Shown here: one piece after another, positions 38,951-53,129 of the stretch
Layout: each line of letters opens with the position of its first letter
Position numbering within the stretch: the stretch's first letter is position 1
Notes under the pieces: generated by a model
The model's input: the letters and a program-made list of their open reading frames with translations, nothing else
The model's database searches: none
What the model was told of the DNA's origin: nothing
Assembly (NCBI GenBank): GCA_023150895.1
Contig: JAKLJY010000036.1
Span: forward strand, 429-64,428
Direction: 5' to 3'
From: Myxococcota bacterium
GTDB taxonomy: Bacteria; Myxococcota_A; Bradymonadia; UBA7976; UBA1532
DNA: 64,000 nt
Position numbers and translations under genes: made by a program

Positions 38951-40864
38951 ATGGCAAACTACTTCAAGGACAACGAGGACCTGCGCTTCTACGTCGAGCA
39001 CGGCATCGACTGGGCCCCCCTCGTCGAGGAGATCGAGCAGGGCTACCGGTACGCGACGACCGGAGAGGGCGATGGCCACAAGAACCTCGCCGAGGCGCTG
39101 ACGTTCTACCGCGAGATGCTCGAGACGGTGGGCGCCTTCGCCGCGGACGAGCTCGCCCCGCAGGCCGCCCGCATCGACCGCGAGGGGGTGCGCTTCGAGG
39201 ACGGCGAGGTCCACTTCCCGCCGACGCTGGAGAAGACGTTCCGCGCGCTCGGTCGGCTCGAACTCCACGGCATGTCCCTCCCCCGCGAGCTCGGCGGCCT
39301 CAACTGCCCGCTGATTCTCTACTTCCTGAACTCCGAGCTGCTCGCGCGTGCCGACGTCTCGGTGATGTCGCACCACGGGTTCCACGGCGGCATCGCCATG
39401 GCGCTTCTGTTCTTCTCGCTGACCGAGGGCAGCACGCAGGTCGACACCCAGACCCGGCGCATTGTCTCGACGCGCTGGGAGAAAGAGATCGCCGAGATCG
39501 CCGCGGGCAAGGCCTGGGGCTGCATGGACATCACCGAACCCGACGCCGGCAGCGACATGGCCGCGCTGCGCGCCCGGGGCACGCTGGGGGACGACGGCGT
39601 GTGGCGGGTGACCGGCGAGAAGATCTTCATCACATCCGGGCACGGCAAGTATCACTTCGTCATCGCCCGCACGGAGGCGGCGCCGCAGGGCACCGCCGAC
39701 GACCCCCTCGCCGGCCTGAAGGGCCTGAGCATGTTCCTCGTGCCCATGTGGGAAGACACGCCCAAGGGTCGGCGCCGCCTGGCCTTCGTGGACCGCGTCG
39801 AAGAGAAGCTCGGCCATCATGGCTCGGCGACGTGTTCGTTGCGCTTCGAAGACACCCCCGCACAGCTCGTGGGCCGGCGGGGCGAGGGCTTCCAGCAGAT
39901 GCTCTTGCTGATGAACAACGCGCGCATCGGCGTGGCCTTCGAGGCGCTCGGACTGTGCGAAGCCGCCTGGCGCCTGGCCCGGGACTACGCCGCCGGCCGC
40001 CGCAGCATGGGCAAGACCATCGACCGCCATGAGATGATCGCCGACGCCCTCGACGAGATGGAGACGGACATCGCGGGCATCCGCGCGCTCGCCGTCACCG
40101 GCGGTTACTGGGAGGAGCTCGGGCAACGCCTGCGCACGACGCTCCTGTTTGCGGACGGCGTGGTCACCGCCGAGGAGAAGGCCGCACTCGAGCGTCGCAT
40201 GAAGTCCGCCCGGCGCAAGGCCCGGCGACTCACCCCCCTCGCCAAGTACCTCGCCTCCGAGAAGGCCGTCTCCATCGCCCGGATGGCCCTGCAGATCCAC
40301 GGCGGCGTGGGCTACACGACCGAGTACGGCGCCGAGAAACTGCTGCGCGACGCGCTCGTCATGCCCATTTACGAGGGCACCAGCCAGATTCAGTGTCTGA
40401 TGGCCATGAAAGACACTCTCACCGGCACGCTCTCGAACCCCGGCCGTTTCGTGCGACGCATCGCACGCGCCAACTGGCTGGCCGTCTCGTCCCGCGATCC
40501 GTTGGAGAAGCGCGTCGCGCGGTTGTCCGCGCTGTCCCTCTCGGCGCAACAGTTCCTGCTGACGCGCACCGCCGCGCACAAGCTGCGGCACGTCCCCGTG
40601 ACCGAGTGGCCGGCCACCTTCAAGACGGACTGGGACCCCAAGCGCGACTTCGCCCTGGCCATGCTGCACGCCGAGCGCCTGACCCGCCTGCTCTGCGACG
40701 AGGCCATCGCCGAAATCCTGCTCGATCAGGCGCAGGCCCACCCGAGCCGCGCCGCCCTCCTCGAGCGCCACCTCGAGCGCGCCGAGCCCCGCGCGCGCTG
40801 CCTGCACGAGGAGATCACCGGCAGCGGCGAGCGTTTGCTGACGGCGCTCGGGCGCATGGGGTGA
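38951..40864 (+). CDS. Long-type acyl-CoA dehydrogenase
   Basis: Starts MANYFKDNEDLRFY. ACAD features: ITEPDAGSD, IFITSGHG, QIHGGVGY and IYEGTSQIQ. Confidence 0.85.
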   Translation: MANYFKDNEDLRFYVEHGIDWAPLVEEIEQGYRYATTGEGDGHKNLAEALTFYREMLETVGAFAADELAPQAARIDREGVRFEDGEVHFPPTLEKTFRALGRLELHGMSLPRELGGLNCPLILYFLNSELLARADVSVMSHHGFHGGIAMALLFFSLTEGSTQVDTQTRRIVSTRWEKEIAEIAAGKAWGCMDITEPDAGSDMAALRARGTLGDDGVWRVTGEKIFITSGHGKYHFVIARTEAAPQGTADDPLAGLKGLSMFLVPMWEDTPKGRRRLAFVDRVEEKLGHHGSATCSLRFEDTPAQLVGRRGEGFQQMLLLMNNARIGVAFEALGLCEAAWRLARDYAAGRRSMGKTIDRHEMIADALDEMETDIAGIRALAVTGGYWEELGQRLRTTLLFADGVVTAEEKAALERRMKSARRKARRLTPLAKYLASEKAVSIARMALQIHGGVGYTTEYGAEKLLRDALVMPIYEGTSQIQCLMAMKDTLTGTLSNPGRFVRRIARANWLAVSSRDPLEKRVARLSALSLSAQQFLLTRTAAHKLRHVPVTEWPATFKTDWDPKRDFALAMLHAERLTRLLCDEAIAEILLDQAQAHPSRAALLERHLERAEPRARCLHEEITGSGERLLTALGRMG

Positions 40865-40874
40865 GGCCGGACGG

Positions 40875-40920
40875 TTTATCTCAGCATGGTGAGTTGATTC
40901 AACCAGCACGCTGAGATAAA
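40875..40920. repeat. Inverted repeat TTTATCTCAGC-N24-GCTGAGATAAA (extends to 17 bp with 2 mismatches)
   Basis: The 11-bp arms at 40875-40885 and 40910-40920 are perfect complements. CAGCATGGTG (40882-40891) is also complementary to CACCATGCTG (40926-40935), which spans the downstream ATG. The patch is locally AT-rich. Confidence 0.75.
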
Positions 40921-40929
40921 TTGCGCACC

Positions 40930-42168
40930 ATGCTGAACGAACTCGAACGACCCGTCGCCCGACGGCTCATCGCTCGCTTGCGAGAGCCGCGCCGCCACTT
41001 CATCCAGATCCTGCTGGGGCCGCGCCAGGTGGGCAAGACCACGGCCGCGCGACAGGCCCGCACGGCGTTTCCCGGACCGAGCCACTTCGCCTCGGCCGAC
41101 GTCCCCGGCATGACCGACGCGAGCTTCATCGAACAGCACTGGGAAGTCGCGCGGGCGCATCTGGCCTCGGGCGGCGCGCCCGGCCAGACGGCTCTGCTTC
41201 TGCTCGACGAGGTCCAGAAGGTCCCCGGCTGGCCAGAGACCGTCAAGCGTCTATGGGACGAGGACACGGCCGCCGGGCGCGACCTGCGCGTCGTGCTCCT
41301 CGGCTCATCGCCCCTCTTGCTTCAGGCGGGGCTGACGGAGAGCCTCGCCGGCCGATTCGAGCTCCTGCGCTGCACCCACTGGACGTTCGCGGAGATGGCC
41401 GACGCGTTCGGCCTCGACCTCGATCGATATCTCTTCCTCGGCGGCTATCCGGGCGGTGTCTCCCTGGCCGCCACCCCTCCATCCGCCTACGAACCGAGCG
41501 ACGACCCCGATCATCGCTGGCGCCGCTACCTGCTCGACGCGCTCATCGAGACGACGCTCTCGCGGGACATCCTGCTGATGACACGCATCGACAAACCGGC
41601 GCTGCTGCGACGTGTCTTCGCGCTCGGCTGCGAGTATTCGGGACAGATCCTGAGCTATCAGAAGATGCAGGGCCAACTGCAGGACGCCGGCAACACTACC
41701 ACCCTCGCCCACTACCTCGCGATTCTCGGCGCGGCCGGGCTCGTCGCCGGTCTGGAGAAATACGCGGGCGAGCGCGTGCGCCAGCGGGCCTCGAGCCCCA
41801 AGCTGCAGGCCCTCAACACCGCGCTCGTCACCGCGATGTCCGGCCGCACCGCCGACGAGATCCGCACGGATCGCGAGTACCGCGGCCGCCTGGTCGAGAC
41901 CGCCGTCGGCGCCCACCTCGTGAACGGTCTCGCCGAAACCGAGGCCCGCGTCGAATACTGGCGAGAGGGCGATGCCGAGGTGGACTTCGTCGTCACGCGC
42001 CGCGACACACGCCTGCTGATCGAGGTGAAATCCGGGCGACTCAAACGCGCCCCGAGCGGCCTCGCGGCGTTCGAAAGCGCGCACGGCCCCGCGCGAAAGC
42101 TCCTCATCGGGGGCGGCGGTCTGGAGATCGAGACGTTCCTGCGGATGGATGTGCGTGGGTTGCTGTGA
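40930..42168 (+). CDS. AAA+ ATPase (AAA_14 / DUF4143-type)
   Basis: Walker A LLGPRQVGKTT and Walker B-like LLLLDEVQK. The length and C-terminal EVDFVV..LIEVKSG are typical of the DUF4143 ATPase family. Confidence 0.8.
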   Translation: MLNELERPVARRLIARLREPRRHFIQILLGPRQVGKTTAARQARTAFPGPSHFASADVPGMTDASFIEQHWEVARAHLASGGAPGQTALLLLDEVQKVPGWPETVKRLWDEDTAAGRDLRVVLLGSSPLLLQAGLTESLAGRFELLRCTHWTFAEMADAFGLDLDRYLFLGGYPGGVSLAATPPSAYEPSDDPDHRWRRYLLDALIETTLSRDILLMTRIDKPALLRRVFALGCEYSGQILSYQKMQGQLQDAGNTTTLAHYLAILGAAGLVAGLEKYAGERVRQRASSPKLQALNTALVTAMSGRTADEIRTDREYRGRLVETAVGAHLVNGLAETEARVEYWREGDAEVDFVVTRRDTRLLIEVKSGRLKRAPSGLAAFESAHGPARKLLIGGGGLEIETFLRMDVRGLL

Positions 42169-42225
42169 TGCGGGGGCGCGGCCGGCGCTTGCGGGTCGTC
42201 GGCGCCGCCGGCTACTCTCTGGCCC

Positions 42226-42834
42226 ATGAGCGAACCCGCACGCCGACGACCGACCTACGCGGACATCGAGGCCCTCCCGCCGCATCTCCGGGGCGAGATT
42301 CTCGGCGGCGAGCTCGTCGTCAGCCCGCGCCCCGCCCCGCCCCACGTCCGTGCGGCGTCGTCCCTCGGCCGCGTGCTCGGGGGCTTCGACCAGGACGGCG
42401 ACGACGATGGCCCGGGTGGATGGTGGATCGAGGACGAGCCCGAGCTTCACCTCGACGTCGACCCCGACTTTCCGGTCGTCATCCCCGATCTCGCCGGTTG
42501 GCGAACGACGACGCTGCTCGAGCTGCCCGAGACGGCCGCCTACACGGTCGTCCCCGACTGGGTCTGCGAGATTCTCTCGCCCTCGACGGCGGCGGACGAT
42601 CGCGCGCTGAAGATGCCCTTCTACGCCCAGGCCGGGATCGCGTACCTCTGGCTCCTCGACCCCCTGCTCTTCACGCTCGAAGCGTATCGCCTCGAGGGGA
42701 AGTCGTGGCTCCAACTCGGCGTGTGGCGCGACGAGGCCATCGTGCATGCCGAGCCGTTCGACGCGCGGCCGCTCAGGCTGGCGCGGTTGTGGGGCCGGCG
42801 GCGGCCGCCGGGGCGGGGACGGGGGGTGGGGTGA
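42226..42834 (+). CDS. Uma2-family (DUF820) endonuclease
   Basis: Family hallmarks: GEILGGELVVSPRPAPPH, VIPDLAGWR, PDWVCEILSPST..D...K...YA.AGIAYLWLLDP. Confidence 0.85.
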   Translation: MSEPARRRPTYADIEALPPHLRGEILGGELVVSPRPAPPHVRAASSLGRVLGGFDQDGDDDGPGGWWIEDEPELHLDVDPDFPVVIPDLAGWRTTTLLELPETAAYTVVPDWVCEILSPSTAADDRALKMPFYAQAGIAYLWLLDPLLFTLEAYRLEGKSWLQLGVWRDEAIVHAEPFDARPLRLARLWGRRRPPGRGRGVG

Positions 42835-42898
42835 GTTGGGGGGGGAAAGGACAGGCTCCGGATGGGCGCGCCCGGCTTCGAAACCCGCGGGCGGGAGA

Positions 42899-45800
42899 TT
42901 ACAGATCCGGGTTGCAGCAGCCGGCGCCCTCGGCACAGGGGACGGGCTGCCGACAGGTCGAATCGACGGTCGGTCTCGTCTCGGCCTCCGATCTGAAGTC
43001 ACCGGCGGGGAACCCCTCGCAGACGACGGCATCCCGGACATAGAGAGACACGACGGTCGTACCATCATCTGCGGAGAGTCCGCACACACCTCGAAGGTCG
43101 AGTCGGCTGAGATCCCCCTGCACTCTCGGAGAGCCGCGGAAGTCGACCCCGTCGAGGATTGCGTCCTCCAGAACGACGTTCACCCAGTAGACGCCCTGCA
43201 TCCGCGCCCCGCTCAGATCGGCGCTGCTCAGATCCGAGCGACTGAAGGTGGGCGCCGGTGAGTTCCCCTCCGCAGGACACCCCGGATCGTCGTCGTGGTC
43301 ACGGTAGATCATGCAGGTCTCCGAGAGGTCGGCATCTCTCATCACGGCTCTCGAGAAACTCGTGCCGGAGAGCGTTGAGCCGCGGAACGACGCGCCCGTG
43401 AGGTTCGCACTCGTGAAGTCGGCTTCGAGGATGACCTCGTCGCTCAGATTTGCATCCTTCAACGAGCTGCCGCGGAAATCGATCCCCCGCATCTGCGCAC
43501 CGACGAAGTCGGTCGAGGCCAGAATGGCCCCCCTGAACCGAGTCCCGCGCAGCGAAGCGCCTCGCAGACCGACTCGCTGGAGCGTCGCCCCGGTGAAGCC
43601 CGACCGATCGAGCCGCGCTCGCTCCAGGGTCGTTGGCCGTCGGAAACACGTCGGTCCCACCACGGGGAGCGTCGCCCTTCCTTGAGGCGGTGGTGGTACG
43701 CTCGGTGTTCCCACGATGGGGGGCGTCGCCTCGGGGCACTGCCCGGCCAGGTAGGCTGCAAGCGTGCACCACGGTGTCCATTCCGGCCAACCGTCCGGAA
43801 CTTGGAATCCCGGATCCCGACACCCGTGAATCATCTCGCGTTGCACGCGGAGCGTGTCCGGATCTTGTCCGTGATGGAGGTACGTGCGCACGGCACAGGT
43901 CATCCAGCGCCGGGTCGGGTCTTCCGGACCATCGCCGATGGGCTCCCCGAGCGCCCGGCGGGTCTCGAGGCACGTCGCGCCGAACGAGGCACACTCGCCT
44001 GGGGGAATCGATTCGTTGGTCAAGGCGACGCAGAAGTCCACGCAGAGGGAGTAGAGTTCGGGGTCACAGCCGGGAATGGGCTCAATCAGGCGTTCGGCCG
44101 GAGTGACATCCTCCCGCGAAGACTCTGCCAACGCCGACTCGACGAAGCTCGCATCGGCAAGATCGACATCATCGAGCACCGAGCCCATGATCAGGGTCCC
44201 GTTGAGATTGGCTCCACGCATCGTCGTCCTGCAGTTGCAGTCCGCGGGGCGGTCGTCAGGATTCGAGCATCGACCCGGAGCAGCTTCCACGACGCCGTAA
44301 TCCGCCCATGGGGGCAATTCGCCCCGACAAGGATCGTCCGGGTCGTCGTCGGCTGCGCGGCGCCGGCGCAGATCGCTCCGCTCGATCACGGCGGCGTTCA
44401 GGGACGCGCCATCCAGGCGTGTTCCTCGAAGTGACGCATTGAAGAGAATCGATCCCGTCAGACGGCTCTGCCGCATGTCCGCGCCATCGAGGGTGGTGGA
44501 GTCGAGGTCGACCAGCGTGAGCGTCGACGCCCTGAGGCACGAGAAGCTCAGGTTGGCATGTGGGAGTTGGGCCCCGCTCAGGTCCACTTCGGAGAAATCG
44601 ACTCCACAGCCCTCGACAAAGCCGAGGTTCGCGTTGGCCAGAGTAGCACCCGCGAGCATGATGCGACCGTCTGGCCATTGGCGGGCGGGCGCCCCGGCCG
44701 GGCGGCACGGCGCGTCGACGCGGGCACGGTCCCCCAATGTGGCATGCCACAAGTCAGCGTTCGTGAGATTCGCCAGCGTCAGGTTCGACCCACGCAGGTT
44801 CGCGCTCTGCAGATTCGCGCCGAAGAAACTGGCCTGTCTGGCATCGGCACGATTGAGATTCGCGCCCGCGAGCGACGCGCCGAAGAGGTTCGCCTCCCGC
44901 ATCAAGGCCCCGGAAAGGTCGACCCGCGCTGCGTCGAGGAGCGTCGCATTGGCATCGTCGAGAGACACGCCCCGCCAATTGGCTGCACCGCAATGTTCCG
45001 GCTCGCAGTCGAGTTCCTCCCGACTGGATCGAATCCGTGCCGCGTTGAGATCTGCGCGCACCATCGAGATCGGCCCCGAAACCGGAAGACCATCCACGCA
45101 TGCGGCGCACTCCACCTCGCCACCGTCGCCATAGGCGCCCACCAAGCGCACGCCGGTGAGATTCGCGCCGTCGAGACTCCCGAGCCCGGCACAACGCACT
45201 TCGCACGCCTCCAGCACTGCGCCGGCCCCGAGTTCGACACCGGCCGCCGCGAAGTCGACGAGCCTCAGAGTGATCTCGGGCGCCACCACGCGCTCGCCGT
45301 CTCGGGCAACCGCGACACTCACGCCTTCAGCGGCCGGCTCGACCATGTATCCGACCTGATCGACGAACACCGCGTAATCGCCGGGCCGCGTCAGCCCGTT
45401 GAACGCCGCCTCCGCAGTACCGTCGGCCGCCGCGTAGGCGACCTCCGTTCTCGTCGTGCCGCCACCTACCAACGTGACGATGGCGGTTCTCTGGTCGCTG
45501 GGAACCCACTCGGGCCGAATCTGGACAGGCACGACCACAGTCGCCGAGAACCTCTCCGGACGAAGGACGACCTCGATCGGACCGCCACCGTTCCGGGTCT
45601 GGAACGCCCGCTGGCCGGGGTCCCAGACGACCTCGACGGTCGCGCTCTCGAACCCTTCCTTCTCGAATCGCAGCGCGTACCGCTCCTCGGGCGACGCCGT
45701 GAGGGCGAACACGCCTCCTGGACGAGCGGTCGCCTGGGCGAACTCGATAGACTCGACGTCGGCCCCCTCGATCGTCGCAGACACCGCGACCCCCTCGCCC

Positions 45801-47776
45801 GAGCGGCCATCCCCCAACGAGACCCGGCCTTCCAGGGAGACTCCGCTCGCTGTCCCCGACTGGTGCCTCAGCGTCACAAGGCCCAGGTTCGACGACCTCG
45901 CGGGCTCGACTTGGACCGAGGTCCGGAAGGTCTCATATCCGGCGAGCTCGACTGTGACGTCGTAGTTCCCCGGGTCCAGCGTCTCGCGGACACTCGGCGT
46001 CCGAACTACCAGAGACTCCGGCTCACCTGCTCGTGTCAGCCTCGTCACCGCGCCTCCGACCCGGCCGACGCCGCCGAACCGGTCCAACGCGATCTGAAAC
46101 GACAGCACTCCGGGAATCGGCCGCATGCGGCCGATGGGGCCGCAACCGCGTGCGCTCTGGTTCCGCACCTCTCCGACGGTGACCTCCACGTCCGTCGCGC
46201 ACCCCGCAACCGGGGACGCTTCGTATTCATGTGCTTCCAGTCGCGCGGTCACGTCGTACCTGCCGGCCACGACGGGCACGGTGAAGTCGCCGTCGACGTT
46301 CGTGACCCCGACGAAGGACAGCGCCGGCTCTTCGCTGTGCCGCACTTCCACCACGATACCTGCGTGTCCGGCGCCCACGTCGCGGCTGCACGCTGCGCTG
46401 CCACAGAGTCTCTCGACGCGCCCCGCGAGCACGGTCGGCGTCTCCTCCGGCGTCGGGCCCTCCAGATGCAGATTCTCGACCCGGGCCTCCTGCCCGGGTG
46501 AAACGTCGACGACGGCCCGGGCCTCGCGAACCAGGCCGCCGGCATGGGTCGCCGAAACCGTGTAGCGCCCAACCGGCAGGTTCCGAATCGAGTAGCTACC
46601 CGCGAACGCTGGGTCGAACTCCGCCTCGTGCCTCTGAGCGGGGCCTTGACCCGCCTGAACCCGCGTGGCGAAGATGGCGACGCCCGCCATGATGGCGGGA
46701 TCGTTCGCGCCCAACGCGCCCACGGGCCCCGTCGACCACGTGCCGACCATTCGACCCGTATAGGGGTCGAGTCCGGTCGGCTGGTCATCGACGCTGATGC
46801 AGTCGAGCCCGGCCTGGTCACCGAACGCGAACTCCTTGGTCGCCTCTTCGAAGCCGTCCTTCGTGAATCGCACGGTGTACGCCGTCCGGCGGACCGGCAG
46901 GTTCTGGATGGTGTACCGACCGAACTCGTCCGTGATCGCCGAAAGGGGCGTCCCGACGACGTCCACTCTCACCCCTGCGTCGCCCGTGGGGAGATCGACG
47001 TTCTTCAAATGGGCGGTTCCTTGAATACAGGCCGTGATGAGAGACGCACGCAACAAGACCGAGCCCATGTCCGTGGTGTCGTTGACCCGAATTTCGGCCG
47101 CGCGCACTGCCGTCTCGAAGCCATCCGCATGCAGGGAGACCAGACGCCGACCGACCGCCAGGGCCGCGAGGTCGAGTTCGCCGGTTTCCTCGTCGAAGAT
47201 GACGTCCACGTGCTCCCGCCCGTCCACCGTCACCGTGGGCGCCGGGAGCCTGCCGGGTGAGAAGTATCCCTCTTCGAATGCGAGACTGACCCTCAATCCG
47301 CCGGTCAAGGCAGTGAGGGTGTGCTCCGGGATCTCAAACAAAGGTCGATCCAGGTCGACCTCGATGTTCTGCACCGCGTCAGCCTTGTAGCCCTCATGGA
47401 CGAAAACGACTCTGAACCCGCCCGGCGGGCTGGCATTGACTGCGACCTCGAAGTCTCCGGCGTCGTCCGTCAACACGGCGAACGGTCCGGCCGTCACGAT
47501 GGTGCCCGCGTGGCCGGTGTCCTCGGTGGCGATGTCACCCAGACGGACCCGCCCGCGAATCGCCAGCCCCTCGTCTCGTGCGCGCAGGACGATCGGGGAG
47601 AGCTCGAAGTCGTCTCCAACATCGAGTTGGACGACGGTAGACGAGGACTCGAAGCCGGCAGCGGTCGCCAGGAGGACGTAGCATCCACGCGCGAGCCCGT
47701 CGATCCTGAACCGACCGTCTTCCTCCTTCTCGACGATGTCAGCGGCGCCTCCCGATTCGCCTTCGCAACCGGTCAA
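42899..47776 (-). CDS. Giant (1625 aa as called) lipoprotein-like protein with CarboxypepD_reg-like beta-sandwich repeats plus pentapeptide-repeat blocks; 5' end probably truncated
   Basis: About 10 modules resemble GRYTIQNLPVRRTAYTVRFTKDGFEE, GRYDVTARLEAHEYE and GNYDVTVELAGYETF. Long A(D/N)LxG-type pentapeptide runs are present (ANLFGASLAGANLNRADARQASFFGANLQSANLRGSNLTLANLTNADL). The called TTG start is the Leu of a lipobox (LTGC). GC content is lower than in the neighbouring genes. Confidence 0.8.
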   Translation of the reverse strand: MTGCEGESGGAADIVEKEEDGRFRIDGLARGCYVLLATAAGFESSSTVVQLDVGDDFELSPIVLRARDEGLAIRGRVRLGDIATEDTGHAGTIVTAGPFAVLTDDAGDFEVAVNASPPGGFRVVFVHEGYKADAVQNIEVDLDRPLFEIPEHTLTALTGGLRVSLAFEEGYFSPGRLPAPTVTVDGREHVDVIFDEETGELDLAALAVGRRLVSLHADGFETAVRAAEIRVNDTTDMGSVLLRASLITACIQGTAHLKNVDLPTGDAGVRVDVVGTPLSAITDEFGRYTIQNLPVRRTAYTVRFTKDGFEEATKEFAFGDQAGLDCISVDDQPTGLDPYTGRMVGTWSTGPVGALGANDPAIMAGVAIFATRVQAGQGPAQRHEAEFDPAFAGSYSIRNLPVGRYTVSATHAGGLVREARAVVDVSPGQEARVENLHLEGPTPEETPTVLAGRVERLCGSAACSRDVGAGHAGIVVEVRHSEEPALSFVGVTNVDGDFTVPVVAGRYDVTARLEAHEYEASPVAGCATDVEVTVGEVRNQSARGCGPIGRMRPIPGVLSFQIALDRFGGVGRVGGAVTRLTRAGEPESLVVRTPSVRETLDPGNYDVTVELAGYETFRTSVQVEPARSSNLGLVTLRHQSGTASGVSLEGRVSLGDGRSGEGVAVSATIEGADVESIEFAQATARPGGVFALTASPEERYALRFEKEGFESATVEVVWDPGQRAFQTRNGGGPIEVVLRPERFSATVVVPVQIRPEWVPSDQRTAIVTLVGGGTTRTEVAYAAADGTAEAAFNGLTRPGDYAVFVDQVGYMVEPAAEGVSVAVARDGERVVAPEITLRLVDFAAAGVELGAGAVLEACEVRCAGLGSLDGANLTGVRLVGAYGDGGEVECAACVDGLPVSGPISMVRADLNAARIRSSREELDCEPEHCGAANWRGVSLDDANATLLDAARVDLSGALMREANLFGASLAGANLNRADARQASFFGANLQSANLRGSNLTLANLTNADLWHATLGDRARVDAPCRPAGAPARQWPDGRIMLAGATLANANLGFVEGCGVDFSEVDLSGAQLPHANLSFSCLRASTLTLVDLDSTTLDGADMRQSRLTGSILFNASLRGTRLDGASLNAAVIERSDLRRRRAADDDPDDPCRGELPPWADYGVVEAAPGRCSNPDDRPADCNCRTTMRGANLNGTLIMGSVLDDVDLADASFVESALAESSREDVTPAERLIEPIPGCDPELYSLCVDFCVALTNESIPPGECASFGATCLETRRALGEPIGDGPEDPTRRWMTCAVRTYLHHGQDPDTLRVQREMIHGCRDPGFQVPDGWPEWTPWCTLAAYLAGQCPEATPPIVGTPSVPPPPQGRATLPVVGPTCFRRPTTLERARLDRSGFTGATLQRVGLRGASLRGTRFRGAILASTDFVGAQMRGIDFRGSSLKDANLSDEVILEADFTSANLTGASFRGSTLSGTSFSRAVMRDADLSETCMIYRDHDDDPGCPAEGNSPAPTFSRSDLSSADLSGARMQGVYWVNVVLEDAILDGVDFRGSPRVQGDLSRLDLRGVCGLSADDGTTVVSLYVRDAVVCEGFPAGDFRSEAETRPTVDSTCRQPVPCAEGAGCCNPDL

Positions 47777-47839
47777 TGAGAGGGCGATGCCCGCGCTACC
47801 GGACCGGAGGTCGGCAAACCGCGGGGGTGCGGCTCCAAT

Positions 47840-52646
<4,807 letters not shown>

Positions 52647-52651
52647 GCGCG

Positions 52652-53110
52652 TCAGCGGGTCGCGCGGCGCTGCCCGTCGCTCGAGATGGTCATGCTCGCG
52701 CGTCGGGTGAACGAGGCGATGCGCTCGACGCGACGAAACCGCAGCGCCGACCAGTCCGCGTCGAGCGCCACCTGACGCACGGGCTCGAAACCGGCGGCGC
52801 CGAGCACCGTAAAGCCGGTGTCCCGGTTGTACTCGCAGCGGTACCTCTTCGAGGTGCCCTTCGGGTAGGCCACCCAGAGCACGGGATCCGGCAGGTCCGT
52901 TTTCACGAGCCCGGCGGAGACGCTGTCGAGTTGCGCCTGGGTCACGGCGAACGCGATTGCAAAGTCGACGCCGGGGGTCGCCTCGCGGTGGATGACCATC
53001 GGGCGGGCCGCGCTCAGCTCGATCAACGCCGGCTCGAACTCGGGCGGGGCGTCGAGCACGACGATCGCGGTCTGTGCCTTGAGGTTCAGCTTCTGGAACA
53101 GCGGTGTCAT
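52652..53110 (-). CDS. Hypothetical cytoplasmic protein (152 aa)
   Basis: A clean high-GC3 ORF lying 19 nt downstream of the rluA-like gene on the same strand. No motif I can name with confidence. Confidence 0.6.
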   Translation of the reverse strand: MTPLFQKLNLKAQTAIVVLDAPPEFEPALIELSAARPMVIHREATPGVDFAIAFAVTQAQLDSVSAGLVKTDLPDPVLWVAYPKGTSKRYRCEYNRDTGFTVLGAAGFEPVRQVALDADWSALRFRRVERIASFTRRASMTISSDGQRRATR

Positions 53111-53129
53111 CGCGGGTTCTCTCCGGGCT

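Noticed and set aside
42861-42897. A tRNA-like T-loop string, GGCTTCGAAACCC, in the 64-nt convergent intergenic region. It was considered as a tRNA or tRNA-fragment att site.
   Set aside because: The flanking bases do not form a 5-bp T-stem (CCGGC versus CCCGC). No acceptor or anticodon arms fit in the available 64 nt. It is more likely part of a GC-rich terminator-like hairpin.
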